Shown piece after piece: positions 49,398 through 59,699 of a stretch of 64,000 nucleotides of DNA. The translations under genes were made by a program, and so were the position numbers. This DNA is from Trichoplax sp. H2 (Eukaryota). Position 1 is the first letter of the stretch, and every line of letters starts with the position of its first letter. The DNA is taken from assembly GCA_003344405.1 (NCBI GenBank), contig NOWV01000112.1, forward strand, positions 1 to 64,000, written 5' to 3'. The notes below the pieces were generated by a model. That model was not told the origin of the DNA and did not search any database. It saw nothing but the letters and a program-made list of their open reading frames with translations.

Positions 49398-49681
49398 ATT
49401 GACCCATGGTTCTGAGTGGGGACGTCGTAACCCCCCCCCCCCCTGTCCAATGTCAAGCCATAGAATACTGTACAGTGTATTAAGTAAGACTCGGTGTGAG
49501 TCGATTGAAACCAAGCAGGTTGAAGAAGTTACGCTGTGGCTGTCATTGCCTAACCCAAGTCCATGGGCGCTTGCCACCGTCCCAGGGTTCAATAATTTTC
49601 AGTCTAATCCCTTTGGCCGTGGTTGGCGTGTGTTGATTGTAGTTGGAGTTTCAAGTATCGGCCAGTTGGTGGAAAACTACC

Positions 49682-52600
49682 ATGGCGGTGTCGAAGCAAT
49701 TAGTAAGATCCAAGTCGGGCCTTCGAATGGTCACCACAAGTGCCGTCATGAAATCGCCCTTTGAACTAGAAGAACCACAATGGGAAGCAGATAATTGTGT
49801 AAGAATTAATTTGCCTCTTTCGCTCATTTTCTTGTTGTTCTTTTCGCCATCATGGAGTCGGGGTAGAGGCCACTGGGACATGGTTGACGTAATCGATCGA
49901 TGACGGCCCACTCCGTCTCCATGGAAAATAGCGCCGATCAAGTGGAGAAAAGCGCCGTGGATTGAAATCGATGTGAACTATTTCTTGCTAGGAGTGTCAT
50001 CATCGACGATAGATTAGTGGATGCATTAAGTTGGATTGGACAAGTTGTAATGGAAGATGTTGTTGTTGTTGTTGTTGAGACGATTGGATACAAGACAACG
50101 TGATGCTTGGGGAGTGATAGGGAATGGACTGATGCCGTCACGGTAGATTGCGACAGTTTACTGCTTTCAGCTATGGCGATCAATAACCATGATGGCTTTT
50201 CTGACCTAAAGGATTCGCTTAAATCAATTCATTTTTTGCCAACTAGCCAATAGTAGATTCTCTACCTTTTTCGACACATGGTAATGATGCGTAGTAGCAT
50301 GGTAGAATAGTGATTGAATCATCGACTACTCGATAAACTTGATGAACATCGACGACAGTCTACTCCTCTTCATCGATTCGCTTTATTTGGATAGCATCGC
50401 TCAGCTAAACCAAGTTCGCCTCCATCCATGTTGATTTTAGACCCTTTCTAGTCCATCAATGGCGTGATAATAAGTCGATAGCGATCGATTACGACCACAA
50501 CTTACGCTAGGATCAACGATTTCATCTTTAATCGTTGTTTTGAAATAAAATAAACTTTCTTATTGGAATGATGGATAGACACGTATAATGAGTTTTACCT
50601 CTAGAATCATGGTCATATTGATGAGACTAATTTTTTTTTTTCTCTCTCTCTCTTTCTCTTCTATAAACTATGGTAGTGTACCAATTGCAAGAAGTGTGGA
50701 ACTCGATTCGACTTTTTAAAGCGAAAAGTAAATCAATTCTAATGTTAACGATCGATTACGATAGCTTAAATTATCCTACTCAGTTCATTAATGATTTTAA
50801 TTGAATGTTATTGAGTCAATGATAAGCACTTGTTCAAGCTATCCTAGCTAGCAATTGTACCTGATAGATTAGTTTAATCATTCTTCAATACTTCCGCTTG
50901 TCCACGGTAGGATCAAAATCTTACTACAATTGGACACTACTATGACTGTATAACCATGTGTAATCACTTACTAATCAGTCATCGTGCTTCGTTGTACAGT
51001 ACATCTTGAGTTGCTTGATGTTGACTACAAATAGAAATGTCGTTCTACTTTTATTTCATTGATCATGGAAAAAAGTTATACACGACCCAAGTTAGTCATA
51101 ATGTTCAACTAATCATGCTATACAATATCATGGATAATTCGATCTTTTAGCAGGCATGAATAACGAGTCAGTGCATCAGGTTACTATCTACTTTATTAAA
51201 AGGATTACATACATTTTTATCGATCCTCAGCGTCGGTAGTAAACGTAGCAGACAGGAATTATTTGTTTGTAAAAATACTTTTCTCAAACATAGTTCCTGT
51301 GGCTGGCTCTACGGCTGTATCCTCTTAGTTATGTCATGAATTCATTGGGCTTGCAGCAAACATTCTATGAAACTTTACATAAACAATGTTCCATTCAAAT
51401 CCTTCTAGAGTGTTGTATGTAATTCAACATGGATAGCTAATAGATGAAATAATGTGTTTCAAGTAGAAGGAATCCAAGCAGTTCATGTTATACTTATGTA
51501 AGATAGTCTTGCTGCAATTCATCAATTTATTCTCTAGTCGATGAATACAATATTGGCCCATGTTTGAGGTAATGTTTATCGAATTCATTTCATATAGTTA
51601 GATGCCATCGTAGTACTGTTATAAAGTAGTGCATTGCTATGACGATTTTGTCAATAAGGTGCCAGAGGTTCGGTTGCCATCATAATAGAATGCTAGATGA
51701 CATCAATGTCATTAACAGGAGAGAATTACATTGTTTTAGCAATATAGCGGTCATAAATCATCTGCTTTAGTAATAGGCACTACATTGAGATACTCTCAGT
51801 AAAAGGCTTTCTTTTGTAGATAGGTCATGAGTTGCATCAAATTTCATCACTGTAGTAGTATTTACTATTATACGATAGCGCAAGAACAGTAACTAATTGT
51901 ATATGTAGTACAGACTAGCTAGCAAGAATGAGAACTATCACTACTGTAATGTTTATGCCATCATCAAAAGCAATCGTGTACTCATCATCATTTATCATTG
52001 GAACCAAAATCAGCTTAGTATGATTTTATTCTAAAATTCTTCTTGCATGAAATACATTGTCAAATACAAATGTCGATCATGCTACACCGTCTCGATAACA
52101 GAGTTAAAATGAAAATGACAAAATAGGGTAAAAATGATACATCAAGACAGTGAAGCTGCTCAAGTGGAAGGTCTATCATCATTAATCAAACACTATCAGT
52201 TTTAATAATTTTTTGTTCTTCAATATTTTATTTACAGTATTTTGCATATTACAACACAACATTACTTACGTAACTGCAATACTACTAAATAGGGTAAAAT
52301 TGACATCTTATGATATTAGCAATCCATTGATTGTCAATTTTATTCGTTCTAGCATCATTGTAGAAGATGTGGACAGGTCTTTTGCAATTCATGCTGTGAT
52401 AATAGGCTTCCGTTACCGCGATTTGCTTTCGTTGATCCTGTTCGGCAATGCGGTCCATGTTCCATCATTACTAAGAAAGAAAATGAATTCTTCAATAAAC
52501 ATCTCAAGGCATTCCTTAATGGTAAACTAGATATTTCATACGTTTCTGGCAAAGTGTAGGCTTTGATCTTTCGAAATATCAATCTATTACATATTTTTGT

Positions 52601-53545
52601 GTAGGAGGAACTTTTACCGTTTCTGTTAACGACAATGAACCTGAATTAGGAGCTATGTATATTTGCAAGCTGACACCAGACCATAAGTTAGTCGATCATA
52701 AGTGTCTAAATTATTAACGTAATAAGCCTATTATAAAATATCGACTGTGCCTATAAGGAGAGATTTATTATACTGTATACAACGTTATCCATTATCACTA
52801 TGGATCAACCTACGGCTGAAATTGTATGCTATTAAAAGTGTGCTAGCTTGTAGTAAAAATACTATCGTACATGAAGACATTCAACTTCTGTAATTCTTTA
52901 GCAGAATTGGATTGTCAAATCCAATCCAATTCAAAGACTTATTGTCAATCTGTAGGATAATTTATAAGCAGTGATTATGAGTTTCATAAATCTATATTAT
53001 CCACTAAATAAATTACCTAATCGACATGATCGTTATGGTAATACTTAAGTTCTGTAAAAATGATTCATTTTTCGCTGCAGTTATTGACACCAGCATTTTA
53101 ATTTCTCTGTAGGACAATCACCTTCGAAGGTGGCAATGCTACACCTGTAGATTCTTTTACAATCTCTTCTATTAAGGATTTGGAGATTTTATTGGAAAAT
53201 AGCAATGATAAAGGTTAATAAAAATCCATTAATTGCATAGTATTATCTATACTTTGGTGTATTAAATGTATATACCGTAATTGACTTGTGGCATAATATT
53301 TTGTAGCTGGTGTTCCAATTGGAATTGTGGTGACTTATTATGGAACAGAAAATCAGGTTGAGAAAGTTAAACTTTTAGTTGCTGCTACGCCCAACAAGAA
53401 ACAGTCTATTGCTTGGATTATCGCATTACAAAAGGTAATCATGGCTAAAAGTTAAAATAATATGACTAATATCGTTGTACTTACAAAGCAATGGTTATCT
53501 TTACCGATTTAGGGAATCTCTATGATAAACAACTCCAATGGTTAA
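49682..53545 (+). CDS. ZFYVE21: Zinc finger FYVE domain-containing protein 21 (FYVE plus C-terminal PH-like domain), 7 exons
   Basis: Exons 49682-49798 ([26 protein letters not shown]), 50677-50727 ([17 protein letters not shown]), 52353-52521 ([23 protein letters not shown]), 52605-52686, 53113-53213, 53307-53434 ([13 protein letters not shown]) and 53513-53545. All phases are consistent. Confidence 0.93.
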
Positions 53546-54111
53546 ATGTCCTCTCCTAGCCATCCTATGCCATTAACGGCAATGTAAAGTAATCGCCCAA
53601 AGAGTTATTGTTGTTCTGGTAGATTAAGAATTTACTAAGATGTAATCATATGTCTGGAATGTTGTAATTAGAAAATTAATTCCTATTCAGGTTAATATTG
53701 TCAAATACCATGATGATGGGGATAGATCTATATTAGGGTTAATATACACGTATAACTAGAATTAGACAACATTCCTACAGTTATCTTATAGTTTCTTTGT
53801 TCATCTTGCAATGATTTCATTTTATCTTTCATTTTGAGATTAGTTTACCACTTATCGACTGTAGTTTATAAATTATCAATTTACGTATGAACTGACATCT
53901 AAACATTTAAAGTAACAATTTATACAATAACATCACTGACTAGATTCTGTATTGATTGTGTATGTATCCATCGATTGAATATGACCATTCGAAACTTACA
54001 TATATCAGTCTTATGCTATTTTTACTGTATGCAAAAGCTTGATCAGTTGAATTTGTATTGTAGACCAATATAAATAGATATGATCACATTACGACTTTTA
54101 CTCTTCACTAT

Positions 54112-54146
54112 GTATATATATATATATATACACACACATATATATA
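54112..54146. repeat. (TA)n/(CA)n compound microsatellite
   Basis: Directly visible tatata...cacacacatatata run. Confidence 0.8.
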
Positions 54147-56479
54147 GTTGTCTTTTTTATAAAGACAGATTATCAACTGTAGTTATTGCGGTAATTCTTA
54201 ACTCAGAACCTGTACTTCTAGTTTCATAACGATATTTAAATTTGAATTAACAGCTACGGCTTAAGAATAATTCTTAGATTTGATTTGAGAGATTCTTTTT
54301 CTTTTATCCTTTATTACTATAGTTTCATTTGTAGACACAAGAAAATCTATCGCTTAGTTCGATATAATATACGACAGTCATACATCACTGGTTATCCGTA
54401 ATGGTTTCTTAAATATGACCATGTTAAATTTTATTTTTCAGATCTAAAATAAAAAATATATCAGTAAAAAGTTATATACTTGCGTCTGTTCTTGCAAAAT
54501 ACAATATACTAGTACAAAAAACAGATAATAATACTCCACTTTCCAATCGAGAGATAGATTACAATTTCTACCCTACATAATACTAGGAAGATTTAATATG
54601 GATCGTTGTCGTTATGTTCGCGACATACTTTGCTACCCAATTACCATGATAGAATACTTCTTCTGGCTATAATAGCTTCTTTGCTTATATAAAATATTAA
54701 CCCATAACTAATTGTAAATCATAATAACAAGATTATACTTTAATCGAAGTTTCCATTCAATAAATGATATTTTTCTTTGTTCCATAGCTTAGATTAAATT
54801 TATAAAGAGCATAATCAATGTAATTATAGATATTGTTCCTGTGGATATGCTTTGTCATATTCAGATTACATTTGTATGCTTTTGTGTGTAACCTGATTGA
54901 TAAAAACGTTCTCATCAAGATTGTATCAAGCTTTCGAAAGCTGGATTCATTTCTGTATTGCGCTCGATAGATATAATAAGCTGTATCTTCTCCTAATAAA
55001 ATTGCTTACTCTGATAATTGATCTAATAGCGATGGACTTATTTGATGGTTGAGCACGAATAGTAATTCAGTTTTCTTTGATCTCAGACATTATGTTTGGA
55101 TAGAGATAGGTAATTCTCTATTCTAAGCTGCTTAATACAGTACCATCATACCTATGCCATTACAGGCTCTTCGAATATTGTATGATCACTCAATGCTATG
55201 AAAAATGATTGTATTTATAGAAAAAGAGAAAACCTGGCTAATTCAATGTCCACGTTTTGTATTACCTATAGAAACTCTTAAATTATGCAATCTATTTTCA
55301 CACTTTTACTCGTAGTGTTCTTCTATGCAGAACGGTACTGTAATAGGGATGCATTGGTTTCGTATACTGGAGCCATATCAATCTCATCCTTTCATACGTT
55401 ATCAATTAATAAACAAGAAGGTAATTAGTCAGTCTTGAATAAGTAAAATAACAATTTGAGTTTCGGAGATTAAACAAATTGTAGTTGATGATGATTAGAA
55501 TGAGGAACAGACGATTTGACTTAAATTGGTTAAAATAGTTGAATCACGTATTGTCCATATATTATTATTTTAGCAATAGCGGTGTAAAACTAGATAGGAT
55601 ATATTATTTTCAACCTACTAGGCTTGAATATTTTAAAACGATTAGTAGTTGTTTACATTACCCTGTTAGACAAATCCGTTAGCACATAGACGATTTAATC
55701 ATCGGTTATGTCTACAATTGATCTTTCCATCAATAACTTTAATTATTGGTATCAACCAATGCTTGGACAGTCATGGAAATGCGTTACAGTAGTAAAGTTA
55801 TGACTTCAAAATATAGCAAAGTCCACATTGCCATAAGATTTGTGCATCGACATGGTTATTCCATTTTATCTTCATCTCAATTCACATTTCTTTCTAGACC
55901 ATAAATGATGCTATACGCGTATTTTCATCGGATACGGACTAACCTGATCGTAAATACTACTCTTGGTATTATAACTTATACGTATATTAAAATAATATTA
56001 TCACATATAGAATAAGTTGGAAGAGGTCATGGATGGTATAATGAATAAATTAATAATTGATTATTGATCCATATGATTAAGAACAAGTCGTTGGCTCACA
56101 ATGCCGAAACAGTTGTACACAGTATACATTCTCGTATATACCGTATATACAGTGTTATATATCTTATGTTATCTATCAACTAATATCAAGATATTAAGGT
56201 GGTGCATAACTTCGATTGCTAGTACAGCACAGTTAGTCTCATATGCGTATGAGTATTAGTATAAGGTACTAAGGAGCTTTTAGCCAGTTAGGAAACATTA
56301 CCTTGGAGAAAGTTTTAAGGTTAGATTTGCGAGATTTATATTAAGAGTAAACGAGTATTAAGGCCTAAACTACCATCCAATGTCAACATTTAACCGAAGT
56401 GAAAGCATAATGGTTGGAGTACCTCGAGCTGAGCTGTTAGAATAGAAAAAATTTCAGTAAAATTGCAACAGGTAGGATA

Positions 56480-56507
56480 CTATGGTAGGATACCTATCCT
56501 ACCATAG
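56480..56507. repeat. Perfect hairpin CTATGGTAGGATA-CC-TATCCTACCATAG
   Basis: 13-bp perfect arms with a 2-nt spacer, preceded by a duplicated GGTAGGATAC. Confidence 0.7.
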
Positions 56508-57308
56508 CTTAGATTGCAAACAAATATTGTTATTAATGATGCAAAGTTAATTAGATTAACGAGGTAAAGATAAGGATACTGAATTACTTAGCTTTCCTGC
56601 ACACTAAGATAGATCAGAGTTATATGATCCTATGGATGTTAAATCATACCTTAGCTGTTAAATACTTGTATGCTTATAGCATTACTAGCATATATATATA
56701 ATATATATTTATGGACAGATTTTATGACAAATGCAGTGGAAAAAGTACGATAGGACGGATTCGATCATGATTATCATCTTGCTTCTCTTTTGTAAATGCC
56801 TTTCAAGAGGACGATTATTCTATTTCACTTTGAATTATACTATGTGAGACCTTCAATCAGTTTTCAAGTCATTGAAAAAAGTAATTATAAGAAATGGGTG
56901 CATACAGTAGAGGGAGCTCAGTTGTAATCTTAAAATCGGACCATCGGGGGGTAATCCATGTAGGCGTCTACGCGTATGTATGATTGGAAAAGAAGAGAAA
57001 AAGTTGACCTATTACTATAAGCCGTAGTTTCGAAATTTTTTAGACACAATCATCACGTCACGGATTTGATAGATAATTAGTTAATCTATTTATTCTTTGC
57101 TCTTATTTCTTCTAGCGAACATTGGCTTAAATTGGGGACTTGCTATACAAAAATAGGACAGATTAGTGAATGCCTTTTAGTGTTGAGAGATAGTCTTTGT
57201 TGCTTCTATATCGGACGGTCGGTCCTTTAAGTCTGGCTATTCCTTAATCATTCTAGCCTGTGATTTTTTTCCACGTTAAATCAACTTTTCTACTCAGTCT
57301 TGAACGGC

Positions 57309-59111
57309 ATGAGTAACGTATCGAAATCTCCTAAAGATTACCATAGTGACGATCTTAATGATCGTCATGGAGAAAAGGATCGAAAACAATTTAATGAAAC
57401 TGTTCTTAGCCAGCGAGCTCAGAAAGCAACACCATTAGAATCATCAAATGCTGAAGAATTACCGGTGGTCATTTATACAGCAAAGAAAATTTACACTATG
57501 AACTGCTTGCAACCAGAAGCTACCGCAATTGCTGTCCAAGGTGATCGTATTTTTGCCGTTGGATCAGAAGATAGCATCGTAACTGGTTTAAAAGCAAGAG
57601 AACAAAGCTATCAAATTAAAAGGGATTACAAGGACTGCTTCTTTTACCCGGGATTTATTGAATCACACTGCCATGCCTCTTTGGAAGCATTGTATTTTCA
57701 ATTTCACTACGTTGGAGCTACTGATCGAATCAAATGCGTGAATGGGACTATGGTCGAAATGAAGGGTTTTAATAGCAAGCAAAAGGTGTTAGATCATCTT
57801 CAGCAAGTTTCAGAAGCTAGCCATGAAAATATTATCGTTGCATGGGGCTATGATCCAACATTACTTCTCAATGAAGCCAGTCCTAATATTCATGCGTCGG
57901 AAATCGATTTTCAGGAGGGCAAGAAAGTAGTTGTTATGAATATGAGTGGACACATAGCCTATATTAACCATGCAGTTCTAACCGAAATAGGTTATACCGA
58001 TAAGACTGACATGAAAGGTGTCATTAAAGATGAAGATGGCCATTTGACAGGAGAATTACAAGAAATGACAGCTATGGCTCCATTGTTTGGCTACTATGAT
58101 GTTGATTTAGATGATTTAGTTAGGGGATTTCGTAGCTTTGCAACTGTAGCTAGCTCCAAGGGAGTTACGACACTAACCGATCTTGCTTTTGGTATTGTTA
58201 ATCATACCTGGGCTGCATTACAGCAGGTTACACAAGAAAATAACTGTCCAGTGAAAGTCAACTGTTATATGCTAAATGGTGTTTACGATCGTAGAGGTGG
58301 AGCAGATGGCTTTCGAGCATTGAAACAATCGGAGAATCCAAAGTTGAAATTAACAGGCGTCAAAATAATTTCGGATGGTTCAATACAAGGATTTACTGGC
58401 CTTATGCGATGGCCGTATTATTATACAAGTCGAGATCAAGGTCTTGCTAATATTACGCCTATTGCTCTTGATCAAACAGTACGTGAATTAGTCAGTAATG
58501 ATATTCCTTGCGCTATCCATACTAATGGCGATGGCTCTATCGAGATGGTATTAGATAGTATTGAGCGAGTAACGCGTTTTACTCCAGATCGTGATCCACG
58601 TTTTCGATTAGAACATTGCCAAACGCCTACTGAAGATCATCTTGAAAGAATGAAACGCTACAATATTAACGCTAATTTCTTCGTAAATCATATTTATTAC
58701 TGGGGAAATGTTCATAAGAATCAAACAATCGGTCCAGATCGTGTTGAATATATGAATCCTTGTGCTACAGCCAAAAAGCTTGGAATCACCTTTGCTCTTC
58801 ATTCTGATTCTCCTATAACAGCGATTGATCCACTCTTAATGGTTCAAAATGCCGTTGTACGTCAAACCAAAGAAGGGAATGTTATTGGCGAAAATGAGAG
58901 AATTTGTGTTTATGACGCCTTGAGAGCGGTTACTAAAGACGCTGCTTATTTGTTACGTGAAGAAAGGATTAAAGGGACACTTGCATTTGGAAAACTAGCC
59001 GACATAGCTATCTTAGAGAAAGATGTATTTCAAGTTGACAAGGAGGATATTCATAAAATTGTTGTGAGAGCTACATTAGTTAACGGTCGGGTTTTTGATC
59101 ATCGTTCGTAG
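57309..59111 (+). CDS. Intronless YtcJ-like metal-dependent amidohydrolase (Amidohydro_3), 600 aa
   Basis: Uninterrupted ORF from the ATG at 57309 (the track starts at an upstream TTG). Motifs: IYTMN..PEATAIAV.GDRI.AVG, PGFIESHCH (HxH), MSGHIAYIN, D.DGHLTGELQE, GVKIISDGSIQGFTG, AIHTNGD, RFRLEHCQ, HSDSP and GTLAFGKLADIAIL. Confidence 0.93.
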   Translation: MSNVSKSPKDYHSDDLNDRHGEKDRKQFNETVLSQRAQKATPLESSNAEELPVVIYTAKKIYTMNCLQPEATAIAVQGDRIFAVGSEDSIVTGLKAREQSYQIKRDYKDCFFYPGFIESHCHASLEALYFQFHYVGATDRIKCVNGTMVEMKGFNSKQKVLDHLQQVSEASHENIIVAWGYDPTLLLNEASPNIHASEIDFQEGKKVVVMNMSGHIAYINHAVLTEIGYTDKTDMKGVIKDEDGHLTGELQEMTAMAPLFGYYDVDLDDLVRGFRSFATVASSKGVTTLTDLAFGIVNHTWAALQQVTQENNCPVKVNCYMLNGVYDRRGGADGFRALKQSENPKLKLTGVKIISDGSIQGFTGLMRWPYYYTSRDQGLANITPIALDQTVRELVSNDIPCAIHTNGDGSIEMVLDSIERVTRFTPDRDPRFRLEHCQTPTEDHLERMKRYNINANFFVNHIYYWGNVHKNQTIGPDRVEYMNPCATAKKLGITFALHSDSPITAIDPLLMVQNAVVRQTKEGNVIGENERICVYDALRAVTKDAAYLLREERIKGTLAFGKLADIAILEKDVFQVDKEDIHKIVVRATLVNGRVFDHRS

Positions 59112-59699
59112 GCTAATTTAGTTAGAAGAGATTAAATTGTGTAGACTGAGGTGTATTTAGCTAGCATAAATTAAAACAGCCAGTTCATATATAAGTAAAT
59201 CTTACATTGTGACGATGATATTGCTATAAAACTATTGGTAAAATGTTGCTATGCGGATTGTAGCTACAATTGCTATGAAGAAAATTGGAGCAGGCAACTG
59301 CAGATTATTCGGTACTTCTGTCTAGAAGTCTTTCCAGTAGTTAAATTCGTCTGAAGTCGAACTGGGCATAGATATTTCTTGTATAAAAGTCGAATGAAGT
59401 TCTAATTTTCTACGAATGTTGGGAATTTTGTGATGGATTATATAGTATCACAGATAGGTAAAGTACTTACAGTGCAGATGAAAAATAAAGTACTTCTTGA
59501 AGATTATACAAGGATGAAGTAGAATAGCATTGATATCTTAGTCCACTATTGTGCCATTATTTGCTGTGAATTAGCAACAGCATAAACCTAAGATAAATAC
59601 ATCAGGATCTCGCTAAGGTTTTAATAGTTTATAGATGTAATATTCAAAACTATATAGATAAGAAGCATAAATAAGATGGTAATGTCATAAGAATGAATT

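Noticed and set aside
48459..49592. ORFs of 230, 209 and 123 aa on the minus strand
   Set aside because: They are translations of the 53-bp minisatellite. The unit is not a multiple of 3, so the same peptides cycle through all frames; no domain is recognisable.
52759..52950. Extra candidate exons within ZFYVE21 intron 4
   Set aside because: Direct splicing from 52686 to 53113 already gives a protein collinear with ZFYVE21; the extra segments add no recognisable homology.
54850..55960. Short AG...GT-bounded open segments on both strands
   Set aside because: I could not assemble them into a coherent or recognisable protein; they may be UTR exons or noise.
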